From a virus (lineage: Duplodnaviria; Caudoviricetes), in the IMG/VR virus record IMGVR_UViG_3300028586_000445, positions 1 to 29,392 of that record: DNA of 29,392 nucleotides; one strand, 5' to 3'. Of the stretch, positions 8,115 through 17,048 are shown piece after piece. Under the pieces are notes generated by a model that saw only the letters and a list, made by a program, of their open reading frames with translations, searched no databases and had not been told where the DNA came from. A program made the position numbers and the translations under genes. Position 1 is the stretch's first letter; each line of letters opens with the position of its first letter.

Positions 8115-9053
8115 CTACACCCTTGCCCTGCGGAACATCTCCATGGCGGCGCCCGTCTTCTCTTTGAGCACTGCATACCAGGCGCCGGTATTGGCTGTCT
8201 GCGCGCGAAACCGCATGCGGAAGACCCCGTAGAGCTCGGCCGACTTCTGATGGCGATAGACCGGGATCACGTAGTGATGCTGCTCGAGCAGCGCCGTGCC
8301 GCCCTGCAGATTCGCCTCGACGACCTCATAGGCGATGGCGTGAATGGATCGCTCTTCTGGCTCAGGGCCATTTACCGGGAACAAAATCTCAGCATCCGGC
8401 GATTCCGACTCGAACAGGTACGCAGCCTCCTGGAGCAGTCCCATTTCCTTGAGGGTGGCGATCCTTTGGAAGAAGGCATCGGCTCTGTTATCGCCCTTGC
8501 CCAAATGTGCCTTCGTCACATCCGTCGCCCATGAAACCCACGTATTGGCATCGGTGAACCCGAGGTACACCATGCTGCCGACGTCCCGGCAGACTTTCTT
8601 TTCGTACTTGCGGTAGTAGACCTCACGGGAGATGCCGCCATCCGCCGCCAGGTTTTGGGAGTGGTACAGCTCCACGAAAAGCCGCAGGGTCATAACGTCC
8701 TGAGTCTGGCGCAACCGATGGACAATAGGCTCCTCCCCAGCCAAAGGCATGACGACGTTCTTGGGGAGCCAGATCCGGTCCTCGGAGATTTTCAGCTTGT
8801 AACGTGGCCGGGCTTTGGTGGAGGTTTCGGCAGGCGTGACCAGCCCCGCCTTTACCAGCTGCTCAATGGCGGGCTTGGCGCGCTCCCAGCGGATGCCGCC
8901 ATACTCCTGGACCGCATTGGCCGACCAGGCTGTGGTTTGATTGTCGCGGCCAGTGCCGCATGCCAGAACTAGAAAAGCGACGGCCGGATTGAGGCCGATT
9001 TCGCAGGCCTGACGCCATTCGGCCAGCCCAATAGCGAAGAACCCTGTCTTCAT
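8115..9053 (-). CDS. Hypothetical protein with N-terminal wHTH-like region; candidate replication initiator
   Basis: 312-aa ORF; GIRWERAKPAIEQLVKAGLV wHTH-like segment; the phased repeat array follows its stop. Confidence 0.6.
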   Translation of the reverse strand: MKTGFFAIGLAEWRQACEIGLNPAVAFLVLACGTGRDNQTTAWSANAVQEYGGIRWERAKPAIEQLVKAGLVTPAETSTKARPRYKLKISEDRIWLPKNVVMPLAGEEPIVHRLRQTQDVMTLRLFVELYHSQNLAADGGISREVYYRKYEKKVCRDVGSMVYLGFTDANTWVSWATDVTKAHLGKGDNRADAFFQRIATLKEMGLLQEAAYLFESESPDAEILFPVNGPEPEERSIHAIAYEVVEANLQGGTALLEQHHYVIPVYRHQKSAELYGVFRMRFRAQTANTGAWYAVLKEKTGAAMEMFRRARV

Positions 9054-9153
9054 AGCGTTCCCTTAAACGCAGCCCTTAAAAAATAGGAGGCAGTGCCAGG
9101 GTGGTAAGGGAGCCACCTCTTCGCCCGCTAAAGCTAGGCACTGCCGAAAACCT

Positions 9154-10215
9154 TCATGGCCTGAATTTCAAGCCTGAATCGTCGTCATCGACGGCGATGT
9201 GTCTATTCTGCCTTGTGGGAAACAGCTTGTCCTCAAGGAATAAAATGCGCGCCGCCATACGCTTAATTTTCGTGATCGCCTCCTGGAGCTGGCCCTTGAG
9301 GCTGGCGATCGTCTCCATGAATGACCGCTTTTCGGCGGCAAACTCCTGCTCCCTCGCCTTCTCCCGAGCTCGTAACTGCTCGTTCTCCTTGCGCAGTTGG
9401 GCGGCCTCGAGCTCGTGCCGCTTAGCCTCCTCGACCCTCAGGCGCAGATCCTCGATCGCGGCCGCCTGCCGGCGCCGGGAGTGCTGACTGACCACTGCTA
9501 CATTCCGGGCCTGCTCGACCAGGGCGACATGCTCGGCCTGCGCCTCGGCGTGGTCCTCTTCCATCTGTTTGGCCCGGCCGGTAATCCGATCGGCAATGCT
9601 CGGCGCCGGCGGCGCAGGCGCTGCCAGCGTGGGGTTCTTCTGCAGTGCCGCTGCATACTGCTTAGCCGTCGTGTGGATCGCCTTCGAGCCCTCGACGCCG
9701 CGCCGCAGCCCAACAGGCTTACCCACCCGCTCCGCAAAATCGGATTGCATCTCACTCAAGACCTTCCGGCCACCGAGGAAGTCCTTGGCCGCCAGCCGGC
9801 CGTCCTTCGTCAGAGGGACGACATAAGCCACCAGGTGCGGCGATGTCTCGTCCAGTTGCAGGTTCAGGCAGACGACGTTTTCCCTTCCATGCCGTTCGCG
9901 CAGCCAGGCTATGGCGGCGTTGAAGTATTGCCGCTGCGTCTTCCATCGCGTCGCTTTGCACCATTCCGGGCTGGCCGTGATCAGGTACTCGATACACAGC
10001 ACGGCGTTCTTCCGGGGCTTTTCCGGCAACCGGGCCTTGATGGCGTCGCGCACCGCGGCCGATGAATTGGCCCCGCCAGTCCAGTTCAGGTGGGTTCGGC
10101 TCGGGTCCGCGTTCGGCGTTGGGATCTCCCTGAAGGTGTGCATTGCCGACCCGGTGATCGAACCGAACGACGTCAGTTTTTCGGCGCGCAGGATGCAGTA
10201 GGCTGGCTGATTCAT
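9154..10215 (-). CDS. mobV: MOBV (Mob/Pre) relaxase
   Basis: YCILRAEKL, HTFRE..TPNADP, RKNAVLCIEYLITASPEW, DETSPHL motifs and a coiled-coil tail, as in pBBR1 Mob. Confidence 0.92.
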   Translation of the reverse strand: MNQPAYCILRAEKLTSFGSITGSAMHTFREIPTPNADPSRTHLNWTGGANSSAAVRDAIKARLPEKPRKNAVLCIEYLITASPEWCKATRWKTQRQYFNAAIAWLRERHGRENVVCLNLQLDETSPHLVAYVVPLTKDGRLAAKDFLGGRKVLSEMQSDFAERVGKPVGLRRGVEGSKAIHTTAKQYAAALQKNPTLAAPAPPAPSIADRITGRAKQMEEDHAEAQAEHVALVEQARNVAVVSQHSRRRQAAAIEDLRLRVEEAKRHELEAAQLRKENEQLRAREKAREQEFAAEKRSFMETIASLKGQLQEAITKIKRMAARILFLEDKLFPTRQNRHIAVDDDDSGLKFRP

Positions 10216-10278
10216 GTCCGCCTCCCTGCGATCCCTGGCGCCGGTGCCGGCCGGCGTAGGGGCCACCGGGCGGGCCCG

Positions 10279-10313
10279 GTGTACTCACTACACTTTGCTT
10301 GCGCAAAGTCGTT
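10279..10313. other. oriT/RSA of MOBV type
   Basis: TACTCACTACACTTTGCTTGCGCAAAGTCG with ACTTTGC/GCAAAGT inverted repeat, upstream of mob; closely resembles the pBBR1 oriT as recalled. Confidence 0.85.
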
Positions 10314-10599
10314 CGCCCCTTCGGGGGGCAAGGCCACACCACCCACTCCGCGCACCCTGAGGGTACTTGGCCGCGTCTCGCCGCGGTGGCGCCCTTTCTC
10401 CTGTGCTTGCATGTCTTCTCCTGGTCGGTTTTCCCTATTACCAGCATGCATGATGCGGAGTGGCGTGGTTGCTCCAAACGGACTCTCCTGTTCATTTTTC
10501 GTGTTCCGTCACGAAATAAATTCCCGCCGGCGTGGCTTACCACGTCCAGCATCTCGCCGGCGCCGGCGGCAACATGGCCGACCGGGCACCGCAAAATGG

Positions 10600-10698
10600 T
10601 CAGATCGAGTGCGCCAAGACGATCAGGAACACCATCATCGAAAAGCATGCCCATGGCCGGCGTCCGAACCAGTCGTCAGGATCAAGAAGCCAGTGCAT
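10600..10698 (-). CDS. Small membrane peptide, 32 aa (MHWLLDPDDWFGRRPWACFSMMVFLIVLAHSI)
   Basis: TGATG coupling to the upstream gene; hydrophobic C-terminus; not in the ORF track. Confidence 0.55.
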   Translation of the reverse strand: MHWLLDPDDWFGRRPWACFSMMVFLIVLAHSI

Positions 10699-11066
10699 CA
10701 TTTGGCAGCCTCCTCGCTACAAGCACGTTCCCGCGCGTGATTGTTTACCCATTCAAGCTCCTGGTGCGCGCCTTCCGCCAGCACACCGGTCACCGCCATC
10801 GCAAGGCGCAGCAGCCTTTCCTTGTCGACGCTGCCGAGGACTGGCACCGCTTCGTCATCGTCCATGGCTCGGGCCTGCAGTGCCAGATCGGTCGAATGGA
10901 CCAGTTGCAGGCAGGTCTGCAGGCCTGCGCACATGTCTGCGACGCTTTCGATGAATCGTGTTCCGCGGGTGACCGTATCCGTATGCACCCAAGAAAACGC
11001 CTTGTGGAAGTGTTCGGGTTTCGCCTCTGGCGCACTGCCGGCCCCGCAGTTGTTCATGCTGTTCAT
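10698..11066 (-). CDS. Hypothetical protein
   Basis: ATGA overlap with the upstream gene; AAGGA RBS. Confidence 0.7.
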   Translation of the reverse strand: MNSMNNCGAGSAPEAKPEHFHKAFSWVHTDTVTRGTRFIESVADMCAGLQTCLQLVHSTDLALQARAMDDDEAVPVLGSVDKERLLRLAMAVTGVLAEGAHQELEWVNNHARERACSEEAAK

Positions 11067-11485
11067 GCGCGGCGTTCCTTACGTGCGTTGTCTTGCGCAA
11101 TCCGGAGGCTGTGTTCCATTACCTCCTCGCGGAAATCGATCAAGAACTCTAGCTGCAGGGCGATCTCGGTTACCAGGGTGCCGATACGGCCGCAGTCGCC
11201 CACCTTCGCTGGGAAGTCTTCATTGGCGGATGCCGCCCACAGAACACGCCCCAGCGATTGAAGCCCATCTAGCAACGTAAGGGTGCTATTCGATGCGTGC
11301 TTGTCAGCTGCATCGATAATTTCCAGCTGTTCGGCATCTAGGTGCGCGCCATGCAAATGCCGGGGCAACCGACGCAGCAAATTTCCGAGCTCATAAGGCG
11401 CCCGTTCAATGCACTTAAAAGTGGAATTTTTTGTTTCAGGCGATGACACATCGCCAATGTTTGTGTTAACCTTTGCTTCGTTCAT
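11063..11485 (-). CDS. Hypothetical protein
   Basis: GAGGAG RBS before MNEAKV. Confidence 0.7.
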   Translation of the reverse strand: MNEAKVNTNIGDVSSPETKNSTFKCIERAPYELGNLLRRLPRHLHGAHLDAEQLEIIDAADKHASNSTLTLLDGLQSLGRVLWAASANEDFPAKVGDCGRIGTLVTEIALQLEFLIDFREEVMEHSLRIAQDNARKERRA

Positions 11486-11693
11486 GTGCGACTCCTCAAA
11501 AAGATGCACTTGTCTACACCGCAGACCGAAGCTCCACCTTCGCTCTGCAGCAATCCCCGGTTCCGCCGGGCGCGGTTGCAAAAGAAATTCCAAAGGGTCA
11601 GCCTGCCAGCTGGCCCTTTTTCATTTCAGACTCGATTTATGCGATAGCTTCCCCTCCGCCCGGCTTACCAGGGCGGCTTCTTAGGTAGGTTGA

Positions 11694-11867
11694 TCAGTTT
11701 GCAGCTGCTGGTTTGCGATCGGCCGCTTCTTCGGCCTGGCGGTTCATCCGCTCGCGCAGTATTGCGACGACCTGGCTGTTCATGGACCGATCGCTGCGCT
11801 TGGCGTCTGACGCGAGCCAGGCTCTGACATCGTCTGGAAGACGCAGCTGAAACTTGATTCCTTGCAT
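11694..11867 (-). CDS. Arc-family ribbon-helix-helix regulator, 57 aa (not in the ORF track)
   Basis: MQGIKFQLRLPDDVRAWLASDAKRSDRSMNSQVVAIL; GGAG RBS. Confidence 0.88.
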   Translation of the reverse strand: MQGIKFQLRLPDDVRAWLASDAKRSDRSMNSQVVAILRERMNRQAEEAADRKPAAAN

Positions 11868-11898
11868 GGTGGTGCTCCGATTGATTTAAGCTGCCTCA

Positions 11899-11982
11899 AC
11901 TATATGGCTCACAGCCATCATGCGCAAGTCTTTTTGATGGCTCAGTGCCATCATTCCATAAATGGCTCATTGCCATTATCCT
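11899..11982. promoter_or_regulatory. Divergent promoters with three ATGGC-N5-GCCAT operators
   Basis: Operators at 11904-11918, 11937-11951 and 11962-11976; leftward TTGCGC-17-TATAGT; rightward TTCCAT-17-TATCCT. Confidence 0.85.
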
Positions 11983-11988
11983 GACCTG

Positions 11989-12246
11989 ATGGAAACTCCC
12001 AAACCAGAGCGCGCGCCTCAGCTCGCCGACAAGTACGTCCTGCGGATGCCCGATGGGATGCGCGACAAAATCGCCGAGCTGGCCAAGGCCAACAACCGAA
12101 GCATGAACGCGGAGATTGTGCTGATCCTGCAACAAGCACTCGATTCCCCCAGGAGCAGCACTGGCGCCGGCGCAAGCATCGACGTCGAGGCTTTGGCTGA
12201 TGCGCTTGCAGCTCGCCTTACCTTGAAGCTAAAAGAAAAATCCTGA
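11989..12246 (+). CDS. Arc/Mnt-family ribbon-helix-helix repressor
   Basis: ADKYVLRMPDGMRDKIAELAKANNRSMNAEIV. Confidence 0.9.
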   Translation: METPKPERAPQLADKYVLRMPDGMRDKIAELAKANNRSMNAEIVLILQQALDSPRSSTGAGASIDVEALADALAARLTLKLKEKS

Positions 12247-12254
12247 GAGATCAC

Positions 12255-12677
12255 ATGTTTTGGAAAAAGCCTACTTTTACTTTTACTAATGCTGGCGGGG
12301 AACCGTTTGACTTGATCCGCTGTAGAGAAAACTGCTTTATTAAAAAAGACCAGGTGACCGTTGGCTACGTTCAGGGCCTGTCAGCTTCCTCCTCTTCATT
12401 GACCATTGATCACTTTGCAGTTGACTCAGGCCTCATCGGAAAAGGCCAGGGGGAAGAGGTACTTAGGGAGTTCGCCAAATTGATAGAGAAACAAGCTCCT
12501 CATATCCAGACTATGGATTTCAATCTTGGTCGAGCAACGTCAAACAGCAACATCCAGAAGTTAGCAGATGCTAGAGAGGCACTATTGAACAAGGTGAATG
12601 CCATCAACGTTCAGCAGCTGCTGATCAAACCAGGTAGCATCGTAGTGATAGGCACCTGGAACAAAGCAAATTGGTAA
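12255..12677 (+). CDS. Low-GC hypothetical protein with GNAT-like motif
   Basis: IDHFAVDSGLIGKGQGEEVL resembles acetyl-CoA motif A; starts 8 nt after the repressor. Confidence 0.6.
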   Translation: MFWKKPTFTFTNAGGEPFDLIRCRENCFIKKDQVTVGYVQGLSASSSSLTIDHFAVDSGLIGKGQGEEVLREFAKLIEKQAPHIQTMDFNLGRATSNSNIQKLADAREALLNKVNAINVQQLLIKPGSIVVIGTWNKANW

Positions 12678-12697
12678 GCCTTCCATTCAAGCATAAA

Positions 12698-12805
12698 GAT
12701 ACCAACTAGTACCATATAGTATCCATCACAAAAAAGTACCAATTAGTACCATTAAGTATCCGTTTTCTGATAGCATTTTGGATACCATAAGATACTAAGG
12801 GGTAC
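12698..12805. repeat. parS/centromere-like phased GTACCA/GATACC/GTATCC repeats
   Basis: Triplets at 12698-12724 and 12735-12761 with 10-bp period, directly upstream of parA. Confidence 0.75.
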
Positions 12806-12807
12806 GC

Positions 12808-13512
12808 ATGCCTACCATCGTCTTCGTCTCGCCTAAAGGCGGCGCCGGCAAAACCACATCGGCGCTCGTGCTTGCCGAGCAGCTGGCTCGCAGTACCGAC
12901 GTCACTGTCATCGATGCCGATCCAAACCGGCCGATCGAGAACTGGGCTAAGGGCGGCGCCAAGCCGGAGCGCATGACCGTCGTGGCGGATGCTGATGAGG
13001 AAAACGTAATCGAGCGTATTGAGGAGGCGGCCGCGCGCACGCCCTTCGTCATCGTCGACCTGGAGGGCACCGCGGCCAAGATCGTCGTCATGGCCGTCAG
13101 TCAGGCCGACTTCGTAATCGTTCCGACCCAGGGCAGCCAGCTCGACGCCGAGCAAGCCGGCCGCGCCTTCCGCGTGATCCAGCAGCAGGAGAAGATGGTT
13201 CAGCGCCGGGTGCCGGGGTACCGTCTGCCCTACTCCGTCCTGCTGACGCGCACCAACAGCGCGATCCGCACGCGTACCCTGGCGCACATCGAGAAAGGGC
13301 TCGTCGCCGCCGGCATCCCGGTGTTCGAAACAGAGCTCAACGAGCGCGAGGCCTTCAGGTCCATCTTCTCGTTCCGCAAACCCCTGGCCGGGCTGAACCC
13401 GTCCGAGGTCGCCAACCTGGACAAGGCCGTGGCAAACGCCGAGCAGTTTGCACAGGAGGTCATTGCGGCCCTTCGCAAGGTCCAGCAGCAAGCATCGGAG
13501 GCATCGGTATGA
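12808..13512 (+). CDS. parA: ParA-family partition ATPase (type Ib)
   Basis: SPKGGAGKTT deviant Walker A, IDADPN, IVDLEG; no N-terminal HTH. Confidence 0.93.
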   Translation: MPTIVFVSPKGGAGKTTSALVLAEQLARSTDVTVIDADPNRPIENWAKGGAKPERMTVVADADEENVIERIEEAAARTPFVIVDLEGTAAKIVVMAVSQADFVIVPTQGSQLDAEQAGRAFRVIQQQEKMVQRRVPGYRLPYSVLLTRTNSAIRTRTLAHIEKGLVAAGIPVFETELNEREAFRSIFSFRKPLAGLNPSEVANLDKAVANAEQFAQEVIAALRKVQQQASEASV

Positions 13513-13901
13513 ATGAGCGCGTGAACCCATTTGGCGATCTGGGCGATTTCGCCCCGGCACCGGCCAAGCCCAAAGCGGAGATCCTTGAGGTCGCCAACCA
13601 GGTGGCGGAGCAGCAGGGCTTCCCGAGCCGCCAGCCGGTGAAACCAGCTGCACCTGATGTTGCGCCGGCACCAGCGCCGGCCACGCCGTCGGCGCCAGAA
13701 GTCCCAGCCGCCCAAGCCCAACCGAAAGAGCAGCTCCCGAGCCGGCGCCGCATGACCGGCCGCAGCGAGCAGGTAAACATCAAGACCACCTTCGCGGCCA
13801 AGAAACGGCTGATGGAGATCTCGGTAGAGCGCGATATGCCGCTGGGGGAGATCCTTGAGCAAGCGCTTGAAGCATTAGAAAAGTCTTGGAAGAGTAGCTA
13901 A
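13509..13901 (+). CDS. Small centromere-binding partition protein (ParG-like)
   Basis: Coupled to parA; disordered N-terminus and C-terminal TGRSEQVNIKT...LGEILEQALEAL. Confidence 0.8.
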   Translation: MNERVNPFGDLGDFAPAPAKPKAEILEVANQVAEQQGFPSRQPVKPAAPDVAPAPAPATPSAPEVPAAQAQPKEQLPSRRRMTGRSEQVNIKTTFAAKKRLMEISVERDMPLGEILEQALEALEKSWKSS

Positions 13902-13970
13902 AGATACCGAGTGGTATCTAGTGGTACCAATTCAAATTTTATATAACTGTGTTGATACGTAGGGGAATTT

Positions 13971-14507
13971 ATGCCTGTACTAAAAGAAGGCCAAGTACTT
14001 AGAGTGCAAATCGCTGAACACGCTACCGTCTATCCGACTGATGAAATCCGCAGACACAAGTTCGATCCGTTAAGCCCAGGCCAGATCCGTGGAGGAGCAA
14101 CGTGGCACAATTTTAAAACCGGGCCATACAACCAGTTCGAAGAGTTTACAGCTACCCCAATTGATATTTTAGAGTTACCAGAAGACTTTAGCGTTACGCA
14201 TGTTGCTACCGGCGGCAACTATACAGACTGGTATTACTTAGAGCGGAGACCGAAGAAAAACGGGATACCTAACGAGTATGTCGTCAATGCAAATGATCTG
14301 ATTCCAATGAACTTTGAGTATCCAACGATCATGACCAAATCATTCTTGGCAAGCCTTCAAGAAACATTAGCGAACGCACAGCTGGAAGCTGCTAGGTTGA
14401 GCCGGAACTCCGAAGTGCGGCTAGGTACTGCAGACCGCCTTGCGATACACCTCAAAATAATCGGTGTAAACGTTAGCGATTTTGACATCCCAAATAGGTA
14501 CCAATAG
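13971..14507 (+). CDS. Low-GC hypothetical cargo protein
   Basis: 178-aa ORF, AGGGG RBS, AT-rich. Confidence 0.7.
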   Translation: MPVLKEGQVLRVQIAEHATVYPTDEIRRHKFDPLSPGQIRGGATWHNFKTGPYNQFEEFTATPIDILELPEDFSVTHVATGGNYTDWYYLERRPKKNGIPNEYVVNANDLIPMNFEYPTIMTKSFLASLQETLANAQLEAARLSRNSEVRLGTADRLAIHLKIIGVNVSDFDIPNRYQ

Positions 14508-14544
14508 GTACCAACAGATATCTATTGGTACCTATTGCGGTTCT

Positions 14545-14570
14545 AAAAGCCGGGGACCTTCCCCGGCTTA
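14545..14570. terminator. Hairpin between convergent genes
   Basis: AAGCCGGGGA-CCT-TCCCCGGCTT, with a T-run on the minus strand. Confidence 0.7.
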
Positions 14571-14584
14571 CTACTGCTGATAGC

Positions 14585-14842
14585 CTACGCAGATGCCCCT
14601 GCAGGCTTTACATACTCACCGCTCACGTTCGATACCTCTAAGGCTGCCGCAAACAGCATTAAGAACTTGTAATCCCCGTATTGCGGTCCACCTTTGAAGC
14701 CTTCTGCTCTGTGCCTGATCAATGCGAGTACTTCCTGATGATGCTGCTGATATTGCTCTCCGCTAGCATAGAAACTCCGGTAGAAGGTTAAAACGTCCAT
14801 CGCTTCTTTTGCTATTTCAAATCCTGTTGCGTTCGCCATCAT
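14585..14842 (-). CDS. Hypothetical protein
   Basis: AAGGA RBS before MMANATG. Confidence 0.65.
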   Translation of the reverse strand: MMANATGFEIAKEAMDVLTFYRSFYASGEQYQQHHQEVLALIRHRAEGFKGGPQYGDYKFLMLFAAALEVSNVSGEYVKPAGASA

Positions 14843-15000
14843 ATTTCCTTCCACAAAGATTAAAGCCGAATGCTACACCTACAATAAGCTGTCTGCCAGG
14901 ATCAATAGCCTCAGCCTGAGCAAGCCTTGCCTGACCAACATAAGTTGCTATTCTTTTATCTCATGGCTAGAATATTTCTTCCACGAATCATGAGGTAATC

Positions 15001-15705
15001 ATGTCAAAAAAACTTGCTGCAGTTCTAGGGCTTCTAAGCGTCCTCCTTGGCCCTAGCGCGCACGGTCAATACAGCTCAGTAGAGCAAGATGAAGCAGCAA
15101 AACAAGCCGCTAAAGAGCAAGCTGTCGATACAGAACGACAAAAATATGTTGGAAGAAGGTTTTGGATCACGCCTAACCCTAAGGCCACTTCACACATTAA
15201 ATTTGTCGACACACTCGGGCAATACGGCTATCAGAACACTGAATTTGTTGTAACTGAGCCAACAAGTTTTGTTGTAAGTGGCTTTACGCGTCAACGTAAT
15301 GACAATTACGCACAGGTAACCTTTCAGGACGGCAAGGTCGCTTACCTTAAAGAGAACGTAAGTTTTGAGTACGACCCAAAAGAAGCTTCACTTTTCGAAC
15401 ATATGTACTCATTGACAGAGTATACGTTTGACTTTGTGGAATATATTTTCCCAATGTCGCCTGCAGATCTAAAGGTTGCTTTAGAAAAAAAACGCAGTAA
15501 AGCAGCGGCAGCGGCGGCTGCATTGAAAGCTCGTGGAGGTGTTAGGTTAGGCATGACCGCAGACCAGGTTCGCAAGTCGAGCTGGGGCAAACCTTCATCT
15601 ATCAATCGGTCTGTAGGTTCCTATGGTGTGCACGAACAATGGGTCTATGGCGGAAACAACTACATTTATCTTGAAAATGGGCGTGTCACATCGATTCAGA
15701 ACTGA
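15001..15705 (+). CDS. Exported protein with C-terminal SmpA/OmlA-like beta domain
   Basis: Sec signal peptide (..PSAHG-Q); LGMTADQVRKSSWGKP...EQWVY...YLENGRVTSIQ. Confidence 0.75.
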   Translation: MSKKLAAVLGLLSVLLGPSAHGQYSSVEQDEAAKQAAKEQAVDTERQKYVGRRFWITPNPKATSHIKFVDTLGQYGYQNTEFVVTEPTSFVVSGFTRQRNDNYAQVTFQDGKVAYLKENVSFEYDPKEASLFEHMYSLTEYTFDFVEYIFPMSPADLKVALEKKRSKAAAAAAALKARGGVRLGMTADQVRKSSWGKPSSINRSVGSYGVHEQWVYGGNNYIYLENGRVTSIQN

Positions 15706-15899
15706 TGCAATTCGACCGTCGAGTAGCTACGCGCTCGAGCTAACTGGACACCTACGCGCTCCCGCTTGTTTGCGGCCAAATTCCCCTACGGGGAATCAAG
15801 CCCCGCAATGCGGGGTTGTCTCGCCTGCAAGGACGTTTTTTCTTTGAAAAAAGTCCTGAAACACCAACCCCATCTGCATCTGCTATCGGTCTGATGGAC

Positions 15900-16445
15900 A
15901 ACGGCCAGCCGTTGCCCACAGGGTTATGTGCTATCACCAAGCTCAACCCCACCTTTCTGTAGACTCAAACGCGAGAGGGGGCCGGATCGCCGTGAGGCGA
16001 TTCCGGGAGAGAGCGTAGCGGCTCTCCGGGGGATGGTGGAGGGACCGAAGCGACGGAGGAGCGAAGGTAGCAAGGGGGCGCAGCCCCCTTCCGAGGGTTT
16101 TCGGGGCGCTCCAGCCCCGCATTCTTAGGGTTTGAGGCTTCCTTGTGCGCGAAGCGCAGTCTTGCTTTGATCTTTGCAACTAACCGGTGAGTTACAACTT
16201 AATAAGGCAATTGCTGCCAGTAAACTGGCTGAAAGCGTGTCCCAGTGCGGCTTTCAGCGGTTTACCGAGGGTGCACCAAATTGCACGGTACCGGGCAACG
16301 TGATGCACCGATCACGGTGACGCGTCCAGATTGCACGGTACCGTGCAAAGTTAGTGTCAAAATCGGACATTATTTTGCACCCTTCGTGCAAATTTATGAT
16401 TCCTTTTTGCGCTTTCTCGTGAGATTATTACATTCTTAGTTACTA
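15900..16445. other. Probable plasmid oriV (pBBR1-like)
   Basis: Region without credible ORFs upstream of rep; AAGGGGGCGCAGCCCCCTT hairpin; TTGCAC-N6/8-G[GT]GCAA palindromes at about 16281, 16331 and 16374; AT-rich tract. Confidence 0.65.
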
Positions 16446-16457
16446 AGGGTGCAATGC

Positions 16458-17048
16458 ATGACAAACGCTACTATCCCCGGGGATGACAACGAGCGGGGGA
16501 CGAACGTCACTTTGCCGGTCAAGGGTAAACGCGGCAATCCCACACAAGGATGGTTACAGAGCGATAAGGACTCCCATACGCCCATGTGGCAGCTCGGCAT
16601 CAAATATCCGACAGCCCTGGCGGTGCTTCATTTCATGATTAGCAAGCTGCAGCGAGGTGCGAACGGGCTTGTCATTTCGGCGCCGGCGTTGGCGCGCGCG
16701 ATGGGCATCTCCGAGCGCACTGCGAAGTCGGCCACCGCCGTCCTGCGCGACATGAAGTTTGTGCAAATCCTGAAGTCTGGTAACACCAACGTTTACGTTG
16801 TGAACAGCCGCGTGGCTTGGCAGAGCGCTAGGGGCGCTCGCTTTGCATCCTTCAACGCCCAGATCGTCGTCGACGAGCAAGAACAGCAGCGTACCGTCGA
16901 GGAGCTCGACGCCGAGAGCGCTGAACTCAACGAGGTGCCTCTCATGGAAATCAGCGACGATGGGACCGAGGCGCTCCGTGCGCGAACGCTGGATATTCCC
17001 ATGGCGGAGAAGAAAGACGCGGATAGTCAGGGGACTTTGCCACTCTGA
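16458..17048 (+). CDS. rep: Plasmid replication initiator, pBBR1 Rep-like
   Basis: GWLQSDK.SH..W, PTA..VLH, VIS...LA..MG.S.RT, YVVNSRVAW, F.AQIVVD match pBBR1 Rep motifs as recalled. Confidence 0.85.
   Translation: MTNATIPGDDNERGTNVTLPVKGKRGNPTQGWLQSDKDSHTPMWQLGIKYPTALAVLHFMISKLQRGANGLVISAPALARAMGISERTAKSATAVLRDMKFVQILKSGNTNVYVVNSRVAWQSARGARFASFNAQIVVDEQEQQRTVEELDAESAELNEVPLMEISDDGTEALRARTLDIPMAEKKDADSQGTLPL

Noticed and set aside
9752-10654. 300-aa minus-strand ORF
   Set aside because: Overlaps mob out of frame and crosses oriT; no recognisable features
12706-13671. 321-aa minus-strand ORF
   Set aside because: Antisense shadow of parA
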